Of a stretch of 32,000 nucleotides of DNA, positions 9,760 to 16,644 are shown one piece after another; position 1 is the stretch's first letter; every line of letters starts with the position of its first letter. This DNA is from Candidatus Saccharimonadota bacterium (GTDB lineage: Bacteria > Patescibacteriota > Saccharimonadia > Saccharimonadales > UBA4665), in NCBI GenBank assembly GCA_016700375.1, contig CP065016.1, forward strand, positions 750,001 to 782,000, given 5' to 3'. A model generated the notes under the pieces. It was not told the DNA's origin. It made no database searches and saw only the letters and a program-made list of their open reading frames with translations. The position numbers and the translations under genes are program-made.

Positions 9760-9918
9760 CCCAAACGCCGTGGCTTTCCGAAATTTTCAGCCATAGATTT
9801 CCAGGATCAAAACCATGCATACCCGACGAATTATATCTGGATATGGTGAGGAGGGTAGGCACGGTTTTGGCAGGAAAGAATGGGTGAAAAATCGGAAAGC
9901 TGTGGCGTTTCGGGTATA
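9756..9918. repeat. Long imperfect inverted repeat (rod-like hairpin of about 165 nt)
   Basis: The outer arms 9756-9788 and 9886-9918 pair at about 30 of 33 positions. The inner arms 9809-9823 and 9854-9868 pair at 13 of 15. Shorter helices pair 9791-9794 with 9880-9883 and 9798-9802 with 9873-9877. Confidence 0.7.
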
Positions 9919-9955
9919 TACAGAAAGTTCAATCACGCGTCATAAGAGCATATAG

Positions 9956-9981
9956 AAAAACCGCCCATAATGGACGGTTTT
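9956..9981 (-). terminator. Bidirectional intrinsic terminator after the YggT-like gene
   Basis: The sequence is AAAAA-CCGCCCA-TAA-TGGACGG-TTTT, a 7-bp stem with one mismatch. U-tracts flank it on both strands. Confidence 0.55.
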
Positions 9982-10004
9982 ATTGATTGCGCGGCGACAA
10001 CTGC

Positions 10005-10409
10005 TTAGGCAACATCCTTACGTATGCGCACCGTACGTATCAGCACCCAGGTGATGAGGCCGTAGACGACGAGTGCAACCAACGTTTCTATTTCAAAACG
10101 GCCGGTCCCATTACCCACGGTGGTATCGACGCTAAAGAGCGAACGGAACGGGGAAACGAACGGGTTCGTCACTGTGTAGACGAAGTTTGCAAACGCATTG
10201 GCGCTGTTGGCGCCGAGCAGTGAAAGTAAAAACCGTATGACGTGCAAGCCAGCAACAATGCCGTAAACCAGCCAAATAACATTTGCTGCCACGCCCGACG
10301 GGCTGGCGGTGTGTTCTTCGCGGCGAACAACACGCTGAGACTGCACGACATTACCGTCGTCATCGAGTCCGTTTTCTCTTGTAACATTAACTTGTGATTC
10401 TTGAACCAT
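10005..10409 (-). CDS. YggT-family membrane protein
   Basis: 134-aa ORF with AGGA upstream. It has two TM helices and the FVYTVTNPFVSPFRSLF motif typical of YggT/Ycf19, plus a charged N-terminal extension. Confidence 0.6.
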   Translation of the reverse strand: MVQESQVNVTRENGLDDDGNVVQSQRVVRREEHTASPSGVAANVIWLVYGIVAGLHVIRFLLSLLGANSANAFANFVYTVTNPFVSPFRSLFSVDTTVGNGTGRFEIETLVALVVYGLITWVLIRTVRIRKDVA

Positions 10410-10441
10410 AGTTTTTCCTTTAGTTATAGTAGTAATGAATG

Positions 10442-10466
10442 CCTGGCCATTCAGCGAATGGCCAGG
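10442..10466 (-). terminator. Strong hairpin after the 10479-10748 gene
   Basis: The sequence is CCTGGCCATTC-AGC-GAATGGCCAGG, a perfect 11-bp stem. There is no clear U-tract, so terminator function is uncertain. Confidence 0.4.
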
Positions 10467-10478
10467 TCTCGCAAGTGT

Positions 10479-10748
10479 TTACGACCGAATCTGCTGATAC
10501 GCCGGAGCATATTCGGGCAGTCGGTACGTTTTAGGGCGACGCATCGGGACATATACCCGCAGTGCGCTCAGCAGCATTGCCGCTGCAATTACGCCGCCGA
10601 TAAGGGGATACCAGTTGTACGTGGTATCCCAAAATCGGTTGGTCGCCTGCTGGTGGAAGAACAAATCGTCAAAGAAAGCGACGCCTTCTATGCCGACTGC
10701 CCACAAAATAAGTGTGAATGTGCCTGATAGAAATTGCTTAACTTTCAT
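10479..10748 (-). CDS. Hypothetical small membrane protein (2 TM)
   Basis: 89-aa ORF with two hydrophobic helices, followed by a strong hairpin at 10442-10466. No family is recognised. Confidence 0.45.
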   Translation of the reverse strand: MKVKQFLSGTFTLILWAVGIEGVAFFDDLFFHQQATNRFWDTTYNWYPLIGGVIAAAMLLSALRVYVPMRRPKTYRLPEYAPAYQQIRS

Positions 10749-10769
10749 AGTTCGATTTCTTTCGGCCGA

Positions 10770-11024
10770 TTAGGCCCGGCGCGTTACCATTTTGTATACC
10801 CAGAGCAGAACAACTGAGCCCAAGACAGCAACAAGCAGACTATACAGGTTGAACCCGGTAACGCCACTTTTGCCTATAAGCTGCATCAGAAAGCCGCCCG
10901 CAAATGCGCCGACAATTCCGACAACCACATTGGCAACCGCGCCCTGGCGAGCTTCTGTTCCAGCAATAAGTGAGGCAATCCAACCGGCCAATGCGCCGAA
11001 AATAATCCAAACAATAATATTCAT
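10770..11024 (-). CDS. GlsB/YeaQ/YmgE-family stress membrane protein
   Basis: 84-aa ORF with a GGAG SD. The glycine-zipper TM pattern IIFGALAGWIA...VVGIVGAFAGGFL is typical of this family. Confidence 0.85.
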   Translation of the reverse strand: MNIIVWIIFGALAGWIASLIAGTEARQGAVANVVVGIVGAFAGGFLMQLIGKSGVTGFNLYSLLVAVLGSVVLLWVYKMVTRRA

Positions 11025-11049
11025 AGTAATTCTCCTTGTCCGAAGACAG

Positions 11050-11074
11050 TAGTTAGTAGTTAGTAGTTAGTAGT
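11050..11074. repeat. Tandem heptamer (TAGTTAG) x 3.6
   Basis: TAGTTAG TAGTTAG TAGTTAG TAGT was read directly. It lies 26-50 nt upstream of the GlsB-family start on the minus strand. Confidence 0.9.
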
Positions 11075-11508
11075 ACTTGAGTAACCCTCTTTTCGAGAGC
11101 GGCAGAAACGTAGTTGGGCAGTCAGGTGACCATGTCGGTCGTTGTATTTGCTGCTGCCGTTTCGGTTATTTACCGCTCGTCGAACAGTTCGGGGAATTCT
11201 CGTGATTTTCTGGTCAAAAATTTATTTATACGCAGTTCGAGTTCTGGTTGTTTCATAGGTAATCCTTTCATTTATTCTCGTTTAACGAGAGTTGCTGTTC
11301 ATGTAGTCATGAATGTGTACGGTAGTGAAGTCGTCCAAACCCGGTTCGCCTGAGTTTTTCGTGGAAGCTTATTTGTGAATGTGCTGCGGAGGAATGACCT
11401 CATAGTAGGCCGGGGACGCATTTCAAACTATGAGCCGGCCGACCAAAAAAATGTTACCCAGCTCACACTGCCTACAAGAACAATCTGTTAGAGTAGAGTC
11501 AGAAGCAT

Positions 11509-13311
11509 ATGAAAAATCGATTTTTACATCCAGTAACTAAAGGTTCTCCCCGTGACGTTACAACGGCTGCGGCCATTGTTTCTATACTGCTTGCAGCTGT
11601 CGGTATTCTCTCGACTTACCTCTATATACACAGTACTCAGTCAGAGCAAGCCACCAAATACCAGCAGATAAAACAGCAGCAATACCGCGCATCTGCCAAT
11701 TACATAAACGGCAAGCTCGCAAACTACAGCCAAATTCTGCTCTCTGGCGCAACGGCCGTGAATGTTAAAGGTAGCGAGGCCATTAGCCGCGATGATTGGG
11801 CTACATTTTTCAAAACCAGCCGAGTAGCCACTGCTTTTCCGGAAATTCTTGGCGTCGGGTACGCCACATATATCCCATCCGGCGCCCTCGACAGTCATGT
11901 TGAAGCCGTACGTTCTGAGGGCTTTCCAGACTACCGCATAACGCCAGTGGGTGAACGCTCGGAATACACCGCCATTACGTACATAGAACCATTTGATGAT
12001 GTCAACCGGAAGGCCTTTGGCTACGACATGTTTACCGAACCAACAAGGCGCCAAGCCATGACAGCTGCGCGCGACAAAGCTTCGTTCGGGCTGACCGGTC
12101 CAGTCGTGCTCAAGCAAGACGATGGTAGCACCACCAAAGAAAAACCAAAAAGCGTACTACTTTATTATCCTGTCTACCGCGCTGCACTCGTCCCTGAATC
12201 AATAGAAGACCGGCGGCAAAACCTCGTTGGCTATGTTTATCTCGCGTTTCGCATCCAAGATATGATGGCCGAAAAAAATACTGAGCTCAGCAAGCTCGGA
12301 ATTTCCTACGAGCTCACCGATGCTACGGGCACTATTCCCGCTCCGCTCTCGAACTACCAGGTCCCCGGTGGTAAGAATTCTAAAGGCGACGATTTGAGCG
12401 GGAAACTCAAATCAAGTAACCGCATGTGGCAACTGACGCTGCACATTCCAAAGACATTACTGGGTAGTAGTGCGGGCACGGTGACTATGTTTGTTGGGGG
12501 TGTCAGTGCCAGCATATTGCTGGGCGGCCTTGTTTTTACATTGCTGAAGCTTCGTATTGGCCAGGTGAAATCACAACACGACCTAGAGCTACAACGCACC
12601 CGGGATGAGCTGCTCGCCCTCGCCTCGCACCAATTACGCACCCCTGCCAGCAGTGTCCGCCAGTACGTCGGCATGCTCGAGCAAGGTTACTTTGGTGAGC
12701 TCAACAAGGAGCAAGCTGCTATAGCACACAAAGCCTACCAGTCGAACGACCGCCAGCTCGAAATCATCGACCAGCTTCTGTACGTCGCCAAGGCTGACGC
12801 AAACCAGCTTATTGTGCAGCCTAGTAGTTTTAACCTTGCTGGTGTCACGCGTGACATCATAGACAGTATGGCTCAAACCTATCAGGCGAAATCCATCACT
12901 GTTAAAAAGACTATCCCAAAAGAATTACCAGTCCTAGCAGACGAACGATTTGTGCGCATGATTATCGAAAACCTCCTGAGTAACGCGGTGAAATATTCAT
13001 TTGAAAAAGGTTCCATACACGTAAAACTGACCGAGCAGGACAACCTAGCACAGCTTGTCGTGAGTGACAGCGGCGTGGGGATTGCCGAGTCTGATTACGA
13101 AAAACTGTTCAAAAAATTCAGCCGTATCCCCAACGAACTTTCAACCAAAGAAGGTGGTAGCGGCCTGGGCCTGTACCTCGCACGCCGATTTGCCCTTGCC
13201 CACGGCGGAGACATTACCGTGCAGTCCAATGGTCAACATGGTGCAAGCTTTACACTAACGCTGCCTATCTACACCAAAACTGAGCATAATGTTATCCAGC
13301 TCACAGAATAA
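11509..13311 (+). CDS. Sensor histidine kinase with periplasmic CHASE domain
   Basis: 600-aa ORF. Two TM helices flank a CHASE-like domain (YAITYIEPFDDVNRKAFGYDMFTEPTRRQAMTAARD...LLYYPVY). It has the H-box SHQLRTPASSV, the N-box LLSNAVKYS, and the G-boxes DSGVGI and GSGLGL. Confidence 0.9.
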   Translation: MKNRFLHPVTKGSPRDVTTAAAIVSILLAAVGILSTYLYIHSTQSEQATKYQQIKQQQYRASANYINGKLANYSQILLSGATAVNVKGSEAISRDDWATFFKTSRVATAFPEILGVGYATYIPSGALDSHVEAVRSEGFPDYRITPVGERSEYTAITYIEPFDDVNRKAFGYDMFTEPTRRQAMTAARDKASFGLTGPVVLKQDDGSTTKEKPKSVLLYYPVYRAALVPESIEDRRQNLVGYVYLAFRIQDMMAEKNTELSKLGISYELTDATGTIPAPLSNYQVPGGKNSKGDDLSGKLKSSNRMWQLTLHIPKTLLGSSAGTVTMFVGGVSASILLGGLVFTLLKLRIGQVKSQHDLELQRTRDELLALASHQLRTPASSVRQYVGMLEQGYFGELNKEQAAIAHKAYQSNDRQLEIIDQLLYVAKADANQLIVQPSSFNLAGVTRDIIDSMAQTYQAKSITVKKTIPKELPVLADERFVRMIIENLLSNAVKYSFEKGSIHVKLTEQDNLAQLVVSDSGVGIAESDYEKLFKKFSRIPNELSTKEGGSGLGLYLARRFALAHGGDITVQSNGQHGASFTLTLPIYTKTEHNVIQLTE

Positions 13312-13342
13312 CCTACGCCGTGCGGACTATACTGGCAGGATA

Positions 13343-13708
13343 ATGAGTGCCAAAAAAGTATTGCTCGTCGAAGATGACGCCGCCCTAAGCGACGCTTTTT
13401 CCATAATGCTCACCAAAAACGGCTACGATGTACAGACAGCCTTTAATGGTCGTGAGGCCCTGGATGTCGTGAAAGATTTTACCCCAGACATCATTCTCCT
13501 CGACCTCCTCATGCCCATTATGGGTGGGCGCGAGTTCCTGCAGCAGTTCGAGAACAATTCAGCTATACCTATCATTGTTTTCAGCAACCTCGATTCCAAA
13601 AAAGAAATCGAGGAGGTCATGGAGCTTGGTGCCACCCGCTACATGCTCAAGGCCTGGGCAACGCCGCCCGAACTCGTCCGGATTATTCAGAATACGCTTG
13701 ACTCCTAA
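13343..13708 (+). CDS. Single-domain response regulator (receiver only)
   Basis: ATG 13343 gives MSAKKVLLVEDD. The phospho-acceptor context is IILLDLLMP, and the conserved S (VFSNL) and K (LKAW) are present. The protein ends right after the REC fold, with no output domain. An upstream in-frame ATG at 13289 is less likely. Confidence 0.85.
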   Translation: MSAKKVLLVEDDAALSDAFSIMLTKNGYDVQTAFNGREALDVVKDFTPDIILLDLLMPIMGGREFLQQFENNSAIPIIVFSNLDSKKEIEEVMELGATRYMLKAWATPPELVRIIQNTLDS

Positions 13709-13728
13709 GCACCTGAACCCCACAATAT
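13698..13728 (+). promoter_or_regulatory. Promoter TTGACT-19-CAATAT, 7 nt before the crp-family ATG
   Basis: The -35 box at 13698-13703 overlaps the end of the receiver gene, and the -10 box is at 13723-13728. The spacer is long, so confidence is moderate. Confidence 0.4.
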
Positions 13729-13735
13729 CCCTACC

Positions 13736-14356
13736 ATGCGCGAGAAGACTATTCGTAAAGAGCAGATTGTTGTGTATCAGGGTGAGGCCGTGTACGGCGT
13801 ACATGTTATTACCAGCGGCATAGTCCGCGCCTACACTATTCTCGGCAGCGGCAATGAAGTAAATGTGGCTCTTTACGGCCCTGGCGACTACTTTCCTGTA
13901 GAGACCGCCTACGAAACCGCACCAGCAACACTGTTTTACTACGAGGCTCTCACCGATTGTACTTTGCAAACGCACCGCGGCGATGCTTTCCGTGAACTCC
14001 AGGCCAGTCAACCAGACTCTCACGACGCAGAAAGCAAACGCTACGTCGGTGCTCTACTACACGTCAACGCTCTTGGCCAGGCTACCGCCTATGACAAACT
14101 TGGCCACGCCCTTCGCTACCTGACGTTGCGCTTCGGGCTACCGCTCGCTGGCAAAGGTTTCTACCGTATAGATATGAAGCTGACCCAGCAAGATCTTGCC
14201 AACCTATGCACCATGTCACGCGAAACCGTCAGTATAGAGCTTGCAAAACTCAAAGCCAAAAAAGCCGTACTGGAAAAAAGCAAGCTCTACACCATAAACC
14301 TGCCCCTACTTACTCAACTCCTGGGCGATGACAACCTGACCGACGTAACACTGTAA
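13736..14356 (+). CDS. Crp/Fnr-family transcriptional regulator
   Basis: 206-aa ORF. It has an N-terminal cNMP-binding-type beta-roll (VYQGEAVYGVHVITSGIVRAY...GPGDYFP) and a C-terminal HTH (LTQQDLANLCTMSRETVSIELAKLKAKK). Confidence 0.8.
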   Translation: MREKTIRKEQIVVYQGEAVYGVHVITSGIVRAYTILGSGNEVNVALYGPGDYFPVETAYETAPATLFYYEALTDCTLQTHRGDAFRELQASQPDSHDAESKRYVGALLHVNALGQATAYDKLGHALRYLTLRFGLPLAGKGFYRIDMKLTQQDLANLCTMSRETVSIELAKLKAKKAVLEKSKLYTINLPLLTQLLGDDNLTDVTL

Positions 14357-14428
14357 ATATACTCAAACATTCCGGCCTTCCCGTTTTACAGTCATTTTTG
14401 CGGCAAAACCCGCATGTAGCAAAACATT

Positions 14429-15055
14429 CTATCCGCGCCAAATAACGGGAGTTTTTTGCAGCCACTCTGTGTCTGATAGTTGGTCAAGCATAGCCTGCGC
14501 TACCGCCTGCCGTTGGATGGTCGCTGTTGGCCCCGAAAGCTTTTCGCGCAGCACATACCCCTGCCCGCCCAGCTCATTCATAACCGGCGAACGAAGCACG
14601 GTCCAATCTAACCCTGAATTCCGCAACACCGCCATATGTTTTTCCCCGTCCTCCAGTACTTTCGGTGCAAGTTTTTGCAGCATAGTTCTATTTGCCCGCT
14701 GGATAGCCGTAGGTTTGTCGTCTGGCGTAAACGCAGCGTTGCCCGTCAGTGAAATAATCCGCCGTACACCGGCCCGTTTCATGGCCGGTACCACCGCTCG
14801 CATTGCAGCAGTCAGCACATCGCCGGCCTTGTTCCCCCAGTTGCTCACCGCAGACAAAACCACCTGGGAGCCCGAAATAACTTCGGCGACCTTCACCGCA
14901 TTGTGCACGTCAAGCTTCACCACCCGAAGGTTTGGCTGCGATTCAAATGGGTCGTTCGAGTGCACACAGGCCACAACTTCATGACCCTCGGCCAGCAGCA
15001 GCTCAACTACTTTCGAACCAACTCTCCCAGCCGCCCCAAACACCACTATTTTCAT
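14429..15055 (-). CDS. NAD(P)H-binding protein (atypical SDR / NmrA-BVR-B-like)
   Basis: 208-aa ORF with the Rossmann motif MKIVVFGAAGRVGSKVVELLLAEGHEV. Size and layout are typical of the NAD(P)-binding flavin-reductase-like family. Confidence 0.8.
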   Translation of the reverse strand: MKIVVFGAAGRVGSKVVELLLAEGHEVVACVHSNDPFESQPNLRVVKLDVHNAVKVAEVISGSQVVLSAVSNWGNKAGDVLTAAMRAVVPAMKRAGVRRIISLTGNAAFTPDDKPTAIQRANRTMLQKLAPKVLEDGEKHMAVLRNSGLDWTVLRSPVMNELGGQGYVLREKLSGPTATIQRQAVAQAMLDQLSDTEWLQKTPVIWRG

Positions 15056-15061
15056 GCATAC

Positions 15062-15070
15062 AGTATAGCA
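15062..15070 (-). promoter_or_regulatory. Extended -10 box TGcTATACT, 6 nt before ATG 15055
   Basis: The minus strand reads TGC-TATACT-gtatgc-ATG. The same TTGCTATACTG string also precedes the gene at 29808. Confidence 0.55.
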
Positions 15071-15086
15071 AGAGCTAAAGAGTTAA

Positions 15087-15107
15087 GAGATATGAGATAA
15101 GAGATAA
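15087..15107. repeat. Three tandem heptamers GAGATAW at the -35 position of the 15055 promoter
   Basis: GAGATAT GAGATAA GAGATAA was read directly. It occupies the region where a -35 hexamer would be expected. Confidence 0.8.
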
Positions 15108-15185
15108 GGGCGCGGCCAAAGGCCGCTATAGCAACCATCGCGCTAGCGATACAGCTAGAGCTGGCACTACGGAGACATCCCGGTC

Positions 15186-15264
15186 CAGCTGTTGTGACTT
15201 GCTACAACAGCTGCAAAAATGCGACGCAGCAGTGTTTTTGCGTTGTAGTCTGTCACAACAGCTG
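15186..15264. promoter_or_regulatory. Cluster of mutually exclusive helices (attenuator-like)
   Basis: CAGCTGTTGT (15186-15195) is complementary to ACAACAGCTG at both 15204-15213 and 15255-15264. CTACAAC..GCAAAAA (15202-15219) pairs with TTTTTGCGTTGTAG (15235-15248). Confidence 0.45.
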
Positions 15265-15297
15265 CCGAGAGGTCGGAGATGTGCCTGGCTTTTTTCG

Positions 15298-15350
15298 CTT
15301 CCTTTTTTGCCACCAAAAAAGGAAGTCGTGGGGCGCGGACGAACCCGCGC
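15298..15350 (-). terminator. Two hairpins downstream of the FMN reductase gene
   Basis: The two hairpins are GCGCGG-ACGAAC-CCGCGC (15333-15350) and CTTCCTTTTTT-GCCACC-AAAAAAGGAAG (15298-15325). The A/T runs are part of the second stem. Confidence 0.5.
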
Positions 15351-15360
15351 ATTGTGAGAT

Positions 15361-15933
15361 TTACTTCCGGGCTGCAGCCAACGCCTCACCGTACCATTTG
15401 AGCTCGGTAAGTACGTTGCCCAGCAGGCCAGTAAACATTTCAGCCATATCGCTCTTATATTCACCCTCGTCAGTGAAGTTTTGCATTTCCATGTACGGCA
15501 AACCAATGAAAGTCGGTGTTGTAACTGCCTGCATACCTGGAACGATACCCCGTAATTGCGCAACTGCCTGGGCGCCATTAGCTGAACCATGCGTCGCTAT
15601 GGCCACCGGTTTTTTGGCAAGCTCGAAGGCCACGTAATCAAACGCGTTCTTGAGTACGCCAGAGATTGAACGGTTGTACTCGGGCGTCACAACTATGTAT
15701 GCATCTTGAGCACCAAGCGTTTCCAGAAACCTCTTCACATCACCCTCAACAACGCGGCTTGGGTTGTACTGGGGAGAAATTGCTTCGTCGAACATAGGTA
15801 GTTTGTAATCAAGCAAGTCAATGGTAGTGATTTCGACGCCAGTCAGCTTTGCCGCCTCATTTGCAACCCATTTTGCATATTTGCCACTCACGCGCCCCTG
15901 CCGTACAGAGCCAATGATAATACCTAGTTTCAT
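15361..15933 (-). CDS. NADPH-dependent FMN reductase family protein
   Basis: 190-aa ORF with a strong AAGGAGGG SD. The N-terminal MKLGIIIGSVRQGRVSGK and the TPEYNRSISGVLKNAFD motif are typical of the family. Confidence 0.85.
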   Translation of the reverse strand: MKLGIIIGSVRQGRVSGKYAKWVANEAAKLTGVEITTIDLLDYKLPMFDEAISPQYNPSRVVEGDVKRFLETLGAQDAYIVVTPEYNRSISGVLKNAFDYVAFELAKKPVAIATHGSANGAQAVAQLRGIVPGMQAVTTPTFIGLPYMEMQNFTDEGEYKSDMAEMFTGLLGNVLTELKWYGEALAAARK

Positions 15934-15993
15934 ACTCTTCCCTCCTTATGATATACTTTATATAGTAAGTATACATTTGTAACTATACAAAGT

Positions 15994-16021
15994 AAAGTAT
16001 CGTTTTTAAGAACGATACTTT
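15994..16021. promoter_or_regulatory. Perfect inverted repeat AAAGTATCGTT-N6-AACGATACTTT (candidate HxlR operator)
   Basis: The arms are 11 bp with a 6-bp spacer. The repeat lies in the 149-bp divergent region between the FMN reductase and hxlR genes. Confidence 0.55.
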
Positions 16022-16082
16022 ACCCTGAGCGTAGCGTAGTGAAGCCGAAGGGTCTCCTACTGATCGGAAAGGAACATATACC

Positions 16083-16412
16083 ATGAAATCTTCTGCCCCC
16101 ATTGAACCCCAAATTGGCTGTATCGCCTCGGCTCTCCGCGTCGTCGGCCAGAAATGGACTGCCCTCATTATCCGCGACCTATATTCTGGCCCAAAACGAT
16201 TTAGTCAGCTTGAAAAGTCAGTATCTGGCGTAAACCCCCGAACCTTGTGTCAGCGACTTGAAGCACTTGAAAAATCGGGTGTAATCACCAAACAAACATT
16301 TGCCGAAGTTCCTCCCCGCACTGTCTACACCCTTACAGACAAAGGCCATGACCTTATTCCCGTACTGACCGCCATGGCCACCTGGGGCAACAAACACCAC
16401 GAAGAGTGCTGA
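16083..16412 (+). CDS. HxlR-family transcriptional regulator
   Basis: 109-aa ORF. The winged-helix signature is CIASALRVVGQKWTALIIRDLYSGPKRFSQLEKSVSGVNPRTLCQRLEALEKSGVI. It is divergent from the FMN reductase gene. Confidence 0.9.
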   Translation: MKSSAPIEPQIGCIASALRVVGQKWTALIIRDLYSGPKRFSQLEKSVSGVNPRTLCQRLEALEKSGVITKQTFAEVPPRTVYTLTDKGHDLIPVLTAMATWGNKHHEEC

Positions 16413-16644
16413 ATACTTAGGAGGAATCTTGTCACCTCCTGCGACCCCGCAACTTCACTGAGGCAATCATAGCTTGCCCCGGAAGGTTGCCTTGCGACTC
16501 ACCACCGGCGATTCTCACCTCCTCGCCTTTTCAGAATAAATCCGAAAGGACTCTCCACCTGCCCTAAAGCTCGCCTATCGGCTCGTTCACCTTCGGCTCA
16601 TTTCGCTCATATCCGGGTGCGTCAGGGTTGGACCCTAACGCAGG

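Noticed and set aside
11230-11250. TTCGAGT T-loop-like string as a possible tRNA
   Set aside because: The flanking 5-mers are not complementary, so no T-stem forms, and no acceptor or anticodon arms can be built. No tRNA is supported anywhere in the window.
11114-11353. 79-aa plus-strand ORF in the 484-bp spacer upstream of the sensor kinase
   Set aside because: It has no SD or promoter geometry, gives a low-complexity S-rich translation, and overlaps the better-supported minus-strand micro-ORF and palindromes.
11050-15107. Short tandem repeats (TAGTTAG x3.6, GAGATAW x3) as CRISPR or minisatellite arrays
   Set aside because: The units are only 7 nt long, with no spacers and no cas genes, so they are not CRISPR. 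They are reported only as heptamer arrays.
15126-15590. 154-aa minus-strand ORF spanning the structured spacer and the 3' part of the FMN reductase gene
   Set aside because: It is out of frame with, and overlaps, the well-supported FMN reductase CDS, its translation is Cys/Arg-rich nonsense, and it runs through terminator-like hairpins.
16432-16523. CACCTCCT motifs as a 16S rRNA 3'-end fragment, and CCGGAAGG (16470-16477) as an SRP RNA helix-8 tetraloop
   Set aside because: The flanking sequence does not match the conserved 16S 3' end (GGATCACCTCCTT context). It also lacks the SRP AGCA/GGAA symmetric-loop context. The region is kept only as an unexplained non-coding finding.
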